A DNA stretch of 64,000 nt from an uncultured Pseudomonadota bacterium. Its GTDB lineage: Bacteria > Pseudomonadota > Alphaproteobacteria > Rhizobiales > Beijerinckiaceae. Positions 22,099-40,485 of the stretch are shown here, in pieces. Made by a program: the position numbers and the translations under genes. How positions within the stretch are numbered: the stretch's first letter is position 1; every line of letters begins with the position of its first letter. The notes beneath the pieces are model-generated. The model was given only the letters and a program-made list of their open reading frames with translations. It made no database searches and was not told where the DNA came from. Where the stretch lies: assembly GCA_963710855.1 (NCBI GenBank), contig CAVQBX010000057.1, positions 11,169 through 75,168 of the forward strand. The letters run 5' to 3'.

Positions 22099-22166
22099 CG
22101 GCGCCCTTTTTCGTTCGAGTGCGGCGGGAAAGCCAAGTCTTGCGCCGTCGCGTCAGGGAGCGGAAG

Positions 22167-23489
22167 CTAGCCTATTCTGCGGCCTTGCGCATCTCCGGGT
22201 AGAGACATGCCGGCTCGGCCTTGGCGATTCGGCCGGCGAAGCGGAACAATCTTCGCGCCGACGAACGGCAACTGCAACGTCGTCCAGACGTCGACGAGCG
22301 ATTCAACCAACTCTGCCAGATGCGCTTCGGTGTGCCGCGGCGTCGGGGTTATGCGCAGCCTCTCCGCGCCGATCGCGACGGTTGGATAGTTGATCGGCTG
22401 GATGTAGATGGAATGGCGGCGCATCAGAAGGTCGCTCGCCGCCTTGCAACGCTCGGCGTCCCCAACCATCAGCGGCACGATATGCGAGGGGTTTTCGAGC
22501 ACAGGCAGGCCCGCCGCCTGCAATGCGTGTTTGGCGGCCTGCGCCATATATTGATGCCGCTCGCGCTCGACGTTCGACGCCTTGAGATGCCTGACGGCTG
22601 CGCACGCCGAGGCCGTCACCATCGGCGGCAGCGTGGTCGTGAAAATGAATTGCGGGGCGTAGGAGCGCACAGCGTCGACCACCTCCCGGCTCCCCGCGAT
22701 ATATCCGCCGAGCGCGCCAAATCCCTTGGCGAGCGTGCCCTCGATCACGTCGATGCGATGCATAAGGCCTTCGCGCTCGCATACGCCGCCGCCGCGCCGG
22801 CCATACATGCCGACCGCATGCACCTCGTCGATGTAGGTCATCGCGTTGTATCTCTCGGCGAGCTCCGCGATCCCGGCAATCGGCGCGATGTCGCCGTCCA
22901 TCGAATAGAGGCTCTCGAACAGGATGAGTTTGGCGCGCTCGCGCGGCTCGGCCGCGAGCAGGCTTTCGAGATCGGCGACATCGTTATGGCGAAACAGTTT
23001 CTTTTCGCAGCCTGACCGCCGCACGCCCTCGATCATGGAATTGTGGTTCAGCGCGTCCGACAGGATCAGGCAATCGGGCAGCAGCGAAGCGATGGTCGAG
23101 ATGCCGGCGAGATTGGAAATCCAGCCGGAAGTGAAAACGAGCGCGGCCTCCTTGCCGTGCAGGTCGGCAAGCTCGCGCTCGAGCTCGACGATCGGGTTAT
23201 GCGTGCCCGAGATGTTGCGTGTGCCGCCCGCTCCCGCGCCATGGACGCCGATCGCCGTCGCCGCGGCTTCCAGCACCTTCGGGTGACCGCCCATGCCGAG
23301 ATAGTCGTTCGAGCACCAGATCGTCACTTCGCGCGGGCTCTCGCCCGCTTCGTCCGGTCGCCACAGCGCGACGGGAAAGCGCGCGGCGTTGCGCTCGAGA
23401 TTGGCGAACACGCGGTATCGTTTCTCGTCCTTCAGTTTCTGGATCGCGCCCGAGAAATGCCTGATGTGATCCTTCGCGATCGCGTTCAT
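22167..23489 (-). CDS. hemA: 5-aminolevulinate synthase
   Basis: [34 protein letters not shown] lysine, FIFTT. Confidence 0.97.
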   Translation of the reverse strand: MNAIAKDHIRHFSGAIQKLKDEKRYRVFANLERNAARFPVALWRPDEAGESPREVTIWCSNDYLGMGGHPKVLEAAATAIGVHGAGAGGTRNISGTHNPIVELERELADLHGKEAALVFTSGWISNLAGISTIASLLPDCLILSDALNHNSMIEGVRRSGCEKKLFRHNDVADLESLLAAEPRERAKLILFESLYSMDGDIAPIAGIAELAERYNAMTYIDEVHAVGMYGRRGGGVCEREGLMHRIDVIEGTLAKGFGALGGYIAGSREVVDAVRSYAPQFIFTTTLPPMVTASACAAVRHLKASNVERERHQYMAQAAKHALQAAGLPVLENPSHIVPLMVGDAERCKAASDLLMRRHSIYIQPINYPTVAIGAERLRITPTPRHTEAHLAELVESLVDVWTTLQLPFVGAKIVPLRRPNRQGRAGMSLPGDAQGRRIG

Positions 23490-24412
23490 GAGCCTTCCCT
23501 TCCCAGATCCGGTTTCGTTTTTTCAAGGCGCTCGGTCTTGTTTCGCGCGCTGCTCAAGGCCGGAGCGCTCCAGTTCTGGCCGCGATCCGTCGCGGCGGCT
23601 TCGCGCAATGTCGCGAGGGTGGAAAGTTCACCCTCCAGCAGGGCTGAGGGATCCACCCCATGCCGGCGCGACATCGGGCCCCAGAGCGCATTGGCGTTGA
23701 GGGGAACAACCAGGAACCAGTGCTCCGCGACGGCGAGCGCCATCAATGTGGCGAGCATGGTGAAGCTTGTCACCTCAAACGGCGTTGCGGCGACGCTCGC
23801 CCGCCAGCCAAGCCACGCCGTCACCAAGGTCGAGACCGTCACCGAGAACGGGAAGAACATGTTCATCGGCCGGCGCGTCATGTAGCTCGTCAGATAGCGA
23901 AGGTGCTCGGGCAGCATCTCCTCGCCGAGATTGGGCACGCCAAAAAAGATGTTGAGTTTTGCGCTCTCGTGCATCCACCACAGAGTGACGTAGGTCCAAA
24001 AACCGAGCTGGTTTCTGGCGCCATGCGTCATCGCGAGCAGCAGCACGGCGCCGAGCAGCGCGAACATCTCGTGATAGAGGCTGGTGCGCACCGCTTCGAC
24101 GAAACGCGACAAGCCGCGCAGTTCAGGTGGACAGGGCGCGCGCCGCGTCCCGGTGACGAATCCGGTATAGAAGCTGACGATTTGCCAGCCCCAGACGATG
24201 AGCCCGTAGCAGAAAGCGCCGTAGATGGCGCCGGAACTTTGGTCAGATGCGGTCGCCGCCACGCCCCAAAGCGCGAGACCGACAAGCACGGTTGCAGCGG
24301 CCACGGTGTATTTGAACGTCCGGCGCGGCAAATTGTTGACGTAGAAGATCGCTCCGGTGCTGCCCCACCAGAGCGCGAGCGTTGCGAGGATCGGAAGCCC
24401 GTAGTCCGTCAT
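23486..24412 (-). CDS. puhE: Photosynthetic complex assembly protein PuhE
   Basis: [35 protein letters not shown]; multi-TM. Confidence 0.93.
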   Translation of the reverse strand: MTDYGLPILATLALWWGSTGAIFYVNNLPRRTFKYTVAAATVLVGLALWGVAATASDQSSGAIYGAFCYGLIVWGWQIVSFYTGFVTGTRRAPCPPELRGLSRFVEAVRTSLYHEMFALLGAVLLLAMTHGARNQLGFWTYVTLWWMHESAKLNIFFGVPNLGEEMLPEHLRYLTSYMTRRPMNMFFPFSVTVSTLVTAWLGWRASVAATPFEVTSFTMLATLMALAVAEHWFLVVPLNANALWGPMSRRHGVDPSALLEGELSTLATLREAAATDRGQNWSAPALSSARNKTERLEKTKPDLGREGS

Positions 24413-24428
24413 CTCGTCCTCTCCGGCT

Positions 24429-25493
24429 TCACCAGATCGGCTCGAGCCGGATTTCGGCCGGCAGGGCGTGACGCTTGCCGGGGATCAGATAAAGCCGCGC
24501 GAAAGTCGCTGCCGCCGCGCCGGCGCAGGCGACTTTCTTGACGGCGCCCCACAAGCCTCCCTTCGCTTCGGCCGCCTCCATTGCCTGCGCGATGTGAAAC
24601 AGGCGCTCGAGGCCTGCCTTGAAGGCGGGATGGTCGAGGTCGAGAGTCAGCAGGAAAGGTTTGCTCGGAAATCTCCGAGCACAGTCGGAACACCCTAAAA
24701 TCATAGTCGTCGGGCGGGAGGCCGATCGCCTTGTAGAATGCCGGGCGGCTGTGATCGCGCACGTACATGGTCGCGAACACCGCGAGCACGAAGAACTTGA
24801 TCCACCAGACGTTGATGCCTGTCAGCAATTTGGGGTTCGACCGCATCAGCAAGGCAAACGCCTCGCCGTGGCGGAACTCGTCGTTGCACCATTCCCGGAA
24901 CCATTTGAAGATCGGATGAAAGCGCAGCTCCGGATGCTTCTCCAGTTGCCGGTAGATCGTGATGTAGCGGGCATAGCCGATCTTCTCCGAGAGATAGGTG
25001 GCGTAGAAAATGAATTTCGGCCGAAAGAAGGTGTATTTCTTCACCCTCGTGAGAAAGCCGAGATCGACGCCGATGCCGAAATCCTTCAGCGTGTCGTTGA
25101 TGAAACCGGCGTGGCGCGCCTCGTCGCGGCTCATGTAGGTGAATAGCTCCTTCATGTCCTTGTTCTTCGCGCGCTTCTTCATCTCGGCATAGAGCACGCA
25201 GCCCGAGAATTCCGCGGTGATCGAAGAGATGAGGAAATCGCGGAATTCCTTGTCGAGTTCGGGCTCCAGCTTTGCGACCTCGATCGAACTCTTCGTTGCG
25301 GATGAAATGGCGCCTGTTAGGATCGGCGCGCATCTCGGCCATCAACTTGTCCCACGCGTCGCGCACGGAACTCACGTCGATGCGGTCGATTTCCGCGAAA
25401 TCCGTGGTGTAGAAGCGCGGGCTCAGCACCGTGTTCTGCTCGGGCGATGCGCGTCGCTTCGGCGGTCTCGATCCTGCGAGTGGTCGCGTTCAT
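24429..25493 (-). CDS. acsF: O2-dependent Mg-protoporphyrin IX monomethyl ester cyclase (frameshifted)
   Basis: [44 protein letters not shown]. Confidence 0.97.
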
Positions 25494-25800
25494 AGGCGCC
25501 TCCGTTCGGTGAAGCTGACGTCGTAGAGTTCGGTGAGTTCGAGATTGCCTTTGAGCCGGGTCCACAGTCGCTCGAGGGCGCCCGCGCGGGTGACGACCGA
25601 CCTTGCGGCGCACGACGATGCTGCCGCCGTAAGGCGGGCGGCTCGGGGCGTCGATCGACCTGCACCTCGTCGCCGGGTTCGATCGCGAAATCGCCGTCGA
25701 TCTCAACATGCGCGTGCAAGCGATTCGCGGTGTGTTTTCGATCTCGATCGTGCAGGGGAATTCGAAGCGACTGCCGGCTGAGAGAAGTCAGGAAACTCAT
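25490..25800 (-). CDS. bciE: Conserved small PGC protein upstream of acsF (BciE-like cyclase auxiliary subunit)
   Basis: LHAHVEIDG..IEPGDEVQV, LERLWTR..GNLELTELYDVSF; lies between puhC and acsF. Confidence 0.75.
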
Positions 25801-26289
25801 TTGACGGTCTCCTTGGCGTTGAACAGGTGGGCGAAGGCTTGCGGCCTGGGTTGGACCGAAGGCGTCGAGATCGATCCGGCGGCCGGTCGCCTCGTCGGCG
25901 AGCGACAGCGTGCCGTCGCGCCAACGGGTCAGCGTGAAGGGCGGAGACGCGTCCGATGCCGTCACGATTGCGTTCGTGGGCGAAGCCGCGCAGCGCGCTG
26001 CGCAGGAATCCGTTGGTTCCCGGCGCCACCGGTAAACAGCTCGGCCCCGTCCGCGGCATCGCGGACGGCACGCGTCCGTCGTCGCCGTCGTCGAAACGCA
26101 GATGCAGCACCTGATAGGCCCGAACTCGAGCGGCATGTGGGACGTCGCCGACGCCGGACTTGCGCGCAAACATGGTGGTGACAAGCGCGAAGGCGACAAG
26201 CGCCCCCGCGGCGAGCAGAACGCCGCGCGGAACGCCATGCCGTGCGGACATGCGCGGCTATCGCTCATCGAGGTCGCTCCATCGTTCAT
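25797..26289 (-). CDS. puhC: Photosynthetic complex assembly protein PuhC (frameshifted)
   Basis: N-terminal TM, GTNGFLRSALRG, PFTLTRWRDG, TGRRIDLDAFGP. Confidence 0.9.
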
Positions 26290-26941
26290 GCGGCCGCCGT
26301 CGCGATCAGGCGGGCTCGCTCGCCGGCTGCGCGGGCGCGCGCGGCCGCGGGCGCGCTGGCGCCCGAGGCTTCGGCAAGCGCGCGGCCCAACGTCATCGCG
26401 ACGTCGCGGCGCGTTGGCGATACAGCGCAAGCGCCGGTTCAGGCTTGGCGAAGCGCAGAGGACGCGCGCTCGGCCACAGCGCAAGATAGGGGATGCGCTG
26501 TTCGCCCTCGATCAGTGCGACCGTCACTTCGCCCGCGCCGTCGGCGAAGGCGCGCACGTTCGCCGAAGCAATCTGTTTGAAGGGCACATTGATGAAGATC
26601 GGCAACGCGATGCCCGTCTTGATGACGACGCGCCGCTCGGTGACGACATAGAGCGTCGTGCGCGCGCTGAGCCACGCGAGCAACGCCAGGATCGCCAAGC
26701 GCCGCCGCGCCGAAGCCCAGCGTGCGCATCGCGGAGACGAAGCCTGCGCAGCGTCGCCATCGCGTCGCGCGGACGCTGACGAAATTCCACGACCGACATC
26801 GCGAGCGAACCAGCCGCCGACCCAATCCGCGCGGTAGGCGCGCCGCCAGAGGCTCGACCGGCTCCGGCCTGCCGAACCACAGCACCGCTCGCCCGGCGGA
26901 ATATCGGCCGGCAGCAGTTTTTCGAGATTGATCGCTTTCAT
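26286..26941 (-). CDS. puhB: Photosynthetic complex assembly protein PuhB (frameshifted)
   Basis: LPADIPPGE, ARTTLYVVTERRVV..GIALP, YLALWPSARP..PEPAL. Confidence 0.92.
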
Positions 26942-27715
26942 AGCAGCGGCTCCGCGCGCGCCGGCGTCGCGTAGAGCGTGCCGCCGCCGTAGAAGGCGGC
27001 GATCTCTGTCTTCTTCCTGCATCGTGACGCGAGTCAGGGTTCTTCAGCGCGGGGACCATTGGCGAACTGGCTGGGCCGTCAGAGCGTTGATCGTGATCGT
27101 GCGCGTGCGGAAATTCACGTCGGCGAAATGGACGGGAACCAGCACCGACTTGCCGCTCGTCAACGCGATCTCATAGTAGCGCAGCAGGCTCTCTGCGCGG
27201 TCGACCCAGAGGTCCTTGATCGTGCCCGCGGCCTTGCGGTCGCCGCCGATCACCGTGAAGCCCAGCGGGTTGCCGCCATCCGCGGCGACGGCGAAGTTGG
27301 TGGCGACTCGCAGCGGCGCGACGAGATCATGCCCATCGGCGGTCTTGTAGGGAACGTCCGGCCGCACCGTTCCAGGAGCCGGGGCCGACGCCAGCAAGCA
27401 GCGGATCGCCAATCGGTTCGAGCGGCGCGCCGGGCCAGGGTTCGACCTTGGCGGCGTTGATGGGTCGCGCGTCGTCTCCAATAGCGTCGGCGCGGTGACC
27501 ATTGAGCCATCGGCCAGACGGAATGTCTTGGGCGAGGGAATGAACAGCCACGGCCTCGCGGCTTGAAGCCGCATCGGCGTTTCGGATTCCAGCGGATAGC
27601 CCTCGCGGCGGTCTTCCTGTGCGCAAGATACCAGAGCAGGCCCGGCGAAGAAAGCGAAGAAGGCGTAGAGCACGATTTGCGCCACATCGAGATGGCCGAT
27701 TGCGCCGCGGATCAT
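26938..27715 (-). CDS. puhA: Reaction centre H subunit (frameshifted)
   Basis: GHLDVAQIVLYAF, EDRREGYPL, PSPKTFRL, DLWVDRAE..RYYE, EEDR...YGGG.LYA..R.EPLL. Confidence 0.96.
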
Positions 27716-29166
27716 GGCAGACCCTCCGGGGTTGAAGCCAATGGGTGAAGAAGCGGCGAGGCGCGCGAGATCGGCGGGATTGCGGATGCGGCGTGCGAGC
27801 GGGCCGATGGCGACGATCGTCGCGAGCAGCAGCAGGATTTCGATGCGCATAGACCAGCGTGAAGCCGGTGACCGGATCGGCGAGCGCATCGCCGAAGGCG
27901 CCGTTCGCCGCGAGCGCGCTCGCCCCGTCGTTGATGAAGCCGACTGGCGGCGATGGCGAGGCCGGCGGCGGTCGCCTGCGCCGCGCCCCAGGCGCCGAGC
28001 GCGAGGCCACGGTCCTCCGGGCGCGCCGCCGCCATCGAAGCCGTCAGCGTGCCATGCGCGAACAGGCCGCCGCCGAAGCCCGATGAGGCCGACGCCGATG
28101 CCGAAAATCTCGCCGGATTCCAGCGGCGCAGCAAACATCACGAAGGCGAAGGCGATGACGCCGACCAGCGCGCCGAAGCCCGCGACGCGATGCGGATCGG
28201 CGCCGTGATTGAGGCGTCGCGCCGCGATCCACAGACCGATGCCGCCGCCGAGGGCGAGCATGGCGGTCAACGCGGTCGTCGCGCCGACCGGCAGCTTCAG
28301 AATCTTGCCGCCGTAGGGTTCGAGCAGAATGTCCTGCATGGAGAAGCCGGCCGTGCCGAGCGCCGATCGCGATCAGGCGGCGCCGCGTGCGCGCTTCCTG
28401 TGAGAAGGCGTCCCAGGCGCGCGAAGAAGCCGACGCGCTTCACGCCGGCGACCGGCTTCATGTTGCGCGGCTCCTGCTTCCACAGCGCGAGCCAATTGAG
28501 GACCATGGTGACGACCGCGGCGCCCTGCACGACCTGAATGAGGCGAACCTCGCTGAAGTGCCGCAGCAACACGCCGAAGCACGAGCGCCGCTCGCCGCCA
28601 TGCCGACGAGCAGCATCGCGCACAGCAGCGCCACCACCTTCGGACGCGCGCGCTCCGGCGCAAGATCGGTGGCGAGCGCGAGGCCGACCGTCTGCACGGT
28701 GTGCAGTCCCGCGCCGACCAGCAGGAACGCCAGCGCCGCCGCGACGTCGCCGACCCACAGCGGGCCCGGTCGTGTCGCCGGAGAGGATCAACAGCGCGAA
28801 CGGCATGATCGCGAAGCCGCCGAACTGCGCCATCGTGCCGAACCAGAGGAACGGCACGCGGCGCCAGCCGAGCACGGAGCGGTGATGGTCGGAGCGGAAA
28901 CCGACCAGCGTGCGCAACGGCGCCGACAGCAGCGGCAGCGCCAGCATCAGCGCGACGATCCAGGAGGGCACGCCAAGCTCGACGATCATCACGCGGTTCA
29001 GCGTGCCGATCATCAGGACCGCCGCCATGCCGACCGTCACCTGGAACAGCGACAGCCGCAGCAGACGGCCGAGCGGCAGCTCCTCCGTCGCCGCGTCCGC
29101 GAAGGGCAGGAATTGCGGCCCGATCCGCATGAAGCTTTGCACAAGGGCGGCGCTGGCGCGGTTCAT
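27712..29166 (-). CDS. lhaA: LH1 assembly protein LhaA (PucC family MFS; frameshifted)
   Basis: FLPFADAATEELPLGRLLRLSLFQV, GTLNRVMIVEL, MQDILLEPYGG, ALGAWGAAQATAAG. Confidence 0.94.
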
Positions 29167-29868
29167 GATCTCAGCGCCTCCATCGCCTGCGAGATGTAGA
29201 AGCCGCGCGCCACGCGATGGCTGCGCGCGAGGCGCCACGCGTCGAGCCCAGTTGTGGGCTCTTCAGGCTTCTCCCGAGCCGTCGCGCCGAGATCGGCGCG
29301 ATCGCCGGCGCGCGATCGCCGCGCGGGAAGAAGCGGCCGACCGCATGCATCAGCGTCAAGCGCCGGCGTGCGCGGCGCGACCGTGAACAGGATCGCCTGC
29401 GCCGTGCGACGGCGACAGCGTCGCGATCACCCGCGCGATGTCGACGCTCTCGTAATGGATGAGACTGTCCATCGCGACGACATAGTCGAACCGACCGAGT
29501 CGCGGGTCGAGCATGTCGCCGACTTGCCAATCGATGGCGCCCGCCAGCGCCCGCGGCGCGCGCTCGCGGGCGAGATCGATGAGCGTCGGCGAAACGTCGA
29601 CCGCCGAGGACCTCGGCGCCGCGGCCGGCGAGTTCGACGGCGAGCGCGCCGGAGCCGCAGCCGGCGTCGAGCAGGCGAGCGCCGCGGAGGTCGCTGCGGC
29701 AGCCAGGAGAGCAGCGTGTTCGCGCATCTCCGTTGCGGCCGGCGCGCACGGTCGCGCGAATGCCGCTGAGCGGCTCGTCGGAGGTCAGCCGCCTCCAGGC
29801 CTCGACCGCCGTGCGGTCGAAATAGGTCTGCAATTCGTTGCGGCGGCTCAGGTAGGTGGCGCTCGTCA

Positions 29869-29869
<1 letters not shown>
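29163..29869 (-). CDS. bchM: Mg-protoporphyrin IX methyltransferase (frameshifted)
   Basis: YFDRTAVEAWRRLTSD, LDAGCGSG, VAMDSLIHY, FPRGDRAPAI. Confidence 0.95.
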
Positions 29870-34414
<4,545 letters not shown>

Positions 34415-34443
<29 letters not shown>

Positions 34444-35930
34444 ATAGCGTCCCTACGGTTATCGAGGTCAGTCCAAGCTCGCGCGCGAATTTCTCGGTGT
34501 TGCCGCGCGCTTTGCCGCGCACGAAGAAGGGGATTTTCTTCAGCTCCTTTTCCGCTTCTTCCGTCCAGCGCCGGCGCCGAGGATTGAACCGCGCCGCAGT
34601 CGTTGAAGTTGGTGTTGCCAAGATGGGAGGGGCCAGCGGCTTCGTTGAATTCGGGGTCATCGCGAAACATGCCGATAAGATGTTCCTCGAGACCCATCAT
34701 CAGCGGATGCACCCAGCAGTCGAACAGCACGTTCGCGCCCTCAAAACCCATTTGCGGGGAGTAGCGGGCCGGAAAATCCTGCACGTGGTTGGGGGCAGAA
34801 ATCACCGCGCAGGGCAGGCCGAGCCGCTTGGCGATATGGCGCTCCATCTGCGTGCCGAGCACGAGGTCCGGGCGCGCCGCGGCGATGCTGTGCCTCGACG
34901 TCGAGATAGTCGTCTGTGATCAGCGCCTCAAAGCCATGTCGCTTGGCGCGCTCGCGGACCTCGCGTGCGAATTCGCGGCTGTAGGTCCCGAAGCCCACAA
35001 CGTCGAAGCCAAGCTCTTCGCGCGCGATGCGCTCGGCCGCGAGCGCATGGGTCGCATCGCCGAAAATGAAGACGCGCTTGCCGGTTAAATAAGTCGAATC
35101 GACCGAGCGCGAATACCACGGCAGGCGCGAGCCCTCCTCGAGCGCGGGCTTGTTGATCCCTGCGAGTTCGCACGACTTCGGTTATGAAATCGCGCGTCGC
35201 GCCGACGCCGATGGGGACGCTCTTCGTGTAGGGCTGGCCATGCGCCTTCTCGAGATATTGCGCGGCCGGCAGCGCGATCTCCGGATAAAGCACGATGTTG
35301 AAATCCGCCTCCCCGAGTTTCGCCAGGTCGGCGGGCGCGGCGCTCAAAGGCGCGGTTACGCCGATGTCAATTCCGAGCGAAGCCAGCAGCCGCGCGATTT
35401 CCTTCACGTCGTCGCGGCAGCGGAAGCCGAGCGCGGTCGCGCCGAGCAAATTCACGAGAGGTTTTGCACGCGGCGTCCGTTCGCGACGTGGCCCCGACAA
35501 TGTGCGCACGAGTCGGTAGAAAGTTTCGGCTGCGCCCCAATTCTCCTTCTTTTGATAGGCCGGCAGTTCGAGCGGAATGACGGGGACCGGCAGATCGAGC
35601 GCGCGGGCCAGGCCGCCGGGGTCGTCCTGGATCAACTCGGCGGTGCAGGAGGCGCCAACGATCATCGCCTGAGGGCGGAAGCGCTCGTGTGCTTCGCGCA
35701 TGGTCGTCTTGAAGAGTTCCGCGGTATCGGAGCCGAGATCGCGCGCCTGGAAGGTCGTGTAGGAGACCGGCGGCCGATCGGATCGGCGCTCGATCATCGT
35801 GAACAAGCAGATCGGCATAGGTGTCGCCTTGCGGGGCGTGCAGCACATAGTGCAGTCCATGCATCGAAGCGGCGACACGCATGGCGCCGATATGAGGCGG
35901 CCCTTCATAGGTCCACAGCGTGAGCTGCAT
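34415..35930 (-). CDS. bchB: DPOR subunit B (frameshifted)
   Basis: [60 protein letters not shown]. Confidence 0.97.
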
Positions 35931-35932
35931 GG

Positions 35933-37212
<1,280 letters not shown>

Positions 37213-37216
<4 letters not shown>

Positions 37217-37721
37217 GACGTCGCCTCCGCTGTCGCAACGCGATGTGGAGTTTGCAGCCGCGCGGCGCGCAGCTTCAGCAGGAACTGTGCTGCGTTCACC
37301 GCATAGGCGGCATAGGCTGCGAGCGCGATCGCCATTTGCACGCGCGCATCGACAACATCGGTGATCAGCGCGGCTATGTAGGCCGTGTGCAGCGCGAGCA
37401 CGAGCATGCTGAAGGCGTCCTCCCAGAAGAACGCCTCGGCGAACAGGTAGCGCCCGAACACCGCCTTTTCCCAGATCGAACCGGTTATCATGATGGCGTA
37501 GAGCACGACGGTCTTGACGATGACTGAAACTGTCGCGGCTTCCTGACCCTTGCCGGTGGCGAGGAACCGGATCACCAGGGCCAGCGAGATCAGGAAGACG
37601 AAGAACTGGAAGGGGGCGAGCACGCCCTGGACGAGGGTCCAACGCGACAGATCCCGCGCCGCCTTTGTTCTGCGGTGTAGAGCGGTTTCGATCGCGAAAT
37701 GTTCGGCCGATCCGCGCTCAT
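37213..37721 (-). CDS. bchF: 3-vinyl bacteriochlorophyllide hydratase
   Basis: PLYTAEQ, WTLVQGVLAP.QF, TGSIWEKAVFG.YLFA..FFWED, NAAQFLLKLRAAR. Confidence 0.96.
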
Positions 37722-37788
37722 TTGTCCTTCCCTTGAAGCAGGCGAACCCGCCGCGTGATGGCCGATCGTAGGCCCCGTCAAGGGACAC

Positions 37789-37822
37789 TGTCAACATAAA
37801 TTGACGTCAAGTTACAAATACA
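37789..37822. promoter_or_regulatory. Two abutting PpsR-like boxes in the divergent bchF/ppsR1 region
   Basis: TGTCAACATAAATTGACG (37789-806) and CGTCAAGTTACAAATACA (37805-822). Confidence 0.75.
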
Positions 37823-38072
37823 CTTATAGTGAGGCGGGGGAAGCTAGAGAGTTACGGAGCGGCGATGCGTTCGGCAGAGCCTATCCCAACGCGCATAGCC
37901 CGAGAGGACTTTACGACGTGGCGCGCGGGAGCGATGGCGCCGATCCCTGTGGGTCCGAAGGGAACTTCGCTATCCATCCCGCGGTCGCTTTGCTAGAGGC
38001 ACTCATCATGTAATTCCGCCCGAACACAATCTGCTGTCCGCGCTTCTGGTCACTTGAGAGGAGAGGCCTTCG

Positions 38073-39522
38073 TTGAGCCCCGCGGTTAGCCCGTCACCGC
38101 CCAACGCGACATTTGAATCCGCCAAGGATCATCTTGCCGGGATCGACGCAGAGTCGGCCGGGCGCGCTGATCGCCGCGTCGGCGGATGTCGCGCTGGTGG
38201 TGGGCGGCGACGGCGTCGTTCTCGACGTGGTCTTCTCAGACGCCGAACTCGCCAAGGCCGCCTACCGGGACTGGGTCGGCCGCAAATGGGTGGACACGGT
38301 CACTGCCGACACGCGGCCGAAGATCGAGGAACTGCTGCGCGAAGCCCGGGCGCGGTCAGCCGACGCGCTGGCGACAGGTCAACCATCCCGCGGCCGAGGG
38401 CCCCGACGTTCCGGTGCGCTATTGCGCGATGCGGTTCGGCGGCGAAATGCGCTTGGTCGTGCTCGGGCGCGATTTGAGAGCGCTCGCCGCGCTGCAGCGC
38501 CGCCTCGCCGACGCCCAGCAGGGTATGGAGCGGGAATACGCGCGCATCCGCGATACGCGAGAAGCGCTATCGCCTGCTGTTTCAGCTCTCCGGCGAGCCC
38601 GTCGCGATCGTAGACGCGGGCAGCCAGCGCGTCGTTGAGGTCAATCCCTCCGCCGCCGCGCTTGTTTGGCGTGGACGCACGGCGAATTCCGGGCGCTCAA
38701 TTTCGCCGATCTGTTCGCCGCCGCGAGCCGTCAGGCCATGCAATCCTTCATGCGCGGCTGCGCGGCTCGCGCCGCGCGTCGACAATGTGCTGGTCGAACT
38801 CGCCGGCGAGCCAGCGCGCGTGCTGATCTCCGGCTCGGTTTATCGACAGGAGCAGCGCCTCGCACCTGCTCGTTCTTTTGACGCGGGCCGAGCCGGACGC
38901 CGGGTCAGAGCGAACACGCAGGAATTGAGCCTGCTGCGCATCGTCGACGCCATGCCCGAGGCCTTTGTCGTGGTCGACGGGTCACGCCGCATTCTGAGCG
39001 CAAATCCCGCCTTCGTCGATCTCGTCCAGTTGGGCGGCGAGGCGCAAGCGCGCGGAGAAGTCATCGATCGATGGATCGGCCGTCCGGGCGTGGACATCGA
39101 AGTGCTTGTTCGCCAACCTGAAGGCGCACGGCGTCGTGCGCCAATTTTCGACGATCGCGCGCGGCGAATTCGGCTCCAGCGAAGACGTCGAGATCGCGGG
39201 CGTAGCGGTGCCGGAGGGCGAAGAGACTTGTTTCGGCCTGACGATCCGCTCCTCGAGCGTCGCGCGGGCCGAGAGCGGCTCGGCGGGCGCGAATTGCCGC
39301 GCACCGTCGAACACTTTGCCGAACTCGTCGGTCGCGTGCCGCTGAAAAACCTGGTCCGCGAAACCACCGATCTCATCGAGCGGCTTTGCATCGAGGCGGC
39401 GCTCGAACTGACGGGCGACAATCGCGCCTCAGCGGCCGAAATGCTGGGCCTCAGTCGCCAGGGTTTTTACGCGAAGTTGCGCCGCTATGGGCTCGGCGAC
39501 CTCGGGGACGGCGGAGGAGTAG
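38073..39522 (+). CDS. ppsR: Transcriptional regulator PpsR1 (PAS domains plus Fis-type HTH; frameshifted)
   Basis: WVDTVTAD.RPKIE, QRRLADAQQGMEREY, ELVGRVPLKNLVRETTDLIERLCIEAALELTGDNRASAAEMLGLSRQ. Confidence 0.95.
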
Positions 39523-39527
39523 TTTGC

Positions 39528-39601
39528 TGTCGCCAATCTCTGACGGTCCGACAGCGAGATCGTCAACTTAACTTGACACTTATTGCGCTCAGGCTTAGCC
39601 T
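39528..39601 (+). promoter_or_regulatory. bchG promoter with two PpsR-like boxes
   Basis: TGT-N12-ACG at 39528-45; CGTCAACTTAACTTGACA at 39561-78; TTGACA-N17-TAGCCT. Confidence 0.75.
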
Positions 39602-39607
39602 CTGCCC

Positions 39608-40485
39608 ATGCGCAGGCCCGATCCATCAGCCGTCCTCGAGCTGCTGAAGCCGATTACCTGGTTTGCGCCGATGTGGGCTTTTGCCTGCGGCGTCGTGTCG
39701 AGCGGCGTCTCGGCGCACTGGGTCTCGGCGATTGTCGGCGTCGTCCTCGCGGGGCCGCTGGTCTGCGCGACGAGCCAGGCGGTCAACGACTGGTATGATC
39801 GCCATGTCGATAGCGCTCAACGAGCCGCAACCGCCCGATCCCCTCCGGCCGGATTCCGGGCCGCTGGGGCCTCTACATCGCCTGCCTGTGGACCGTCCTG
39901 TCGCTGTTTGTCGCGGCGACTCTCGGGCATATGGGTATTTGTCGCCGCGGTTTTCGGGCTGGCGCTCGCCTGGGGGTATAGCGCGCCGCCGCTCCGGCTC
40001 AAGCTGAACGGCTGGCGGGGCAATTCCGCGGTCGCCATCTGCTACGAAGGCCTGCCATGGTTCACCGGCGCCGCCGCCATGGCCTCGAGCCTGCCGGATG
40101 TGCGCGTGATCGTTCTGGCGCTGCTCTACAGTCTCGGCGCCCACGGCATCATGACGCTGAACGACTTCAAGTCGATCGAGGGCGATCAGCAGATGGGCGT
40201 GCAGATCGCTGCCTGTGCAGCTCGGCGTTCTCGGCGCGACGCGCCTCGCCTGCGTCGTGATGGCGCGCCGCAAGCCGTCGTGATCGTTCTGCTCGTGACC
40301 TGGGCGCACCCGCTCCACGCGATCGGAGTTGCGGCGCTGCTGGTCGGTCAGTTCGTCCTGATGGCGCGCCTCGTTAAGGATCCGCGCGGCCAGGCGGCGT
40401 TCTACAACGCCACGGGCACGACGCTCTATGTGCTCGGCATGCTGATCAGCGCTTTCGCGCTCGCGCCGGTCCGGGGGCGCCATGA
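39608..40485 (+). CDS. bchG: Bacteriochlorophyll synthase (frameshifted)
   Basis: LLKPITWFAPMWAFACG, SQAVNDWYDRHVD, YSAPPLRLK, YEGLPW, LNDFKSIEGD. Confidence 0.96.

Noticed and set aside
27044-28339. Apparent LhaA-PuhA fusion
   Set aside because: The lhaA stop overlaps the puhA ATG (ATGA at 27712-15); the fusion comes from indels.
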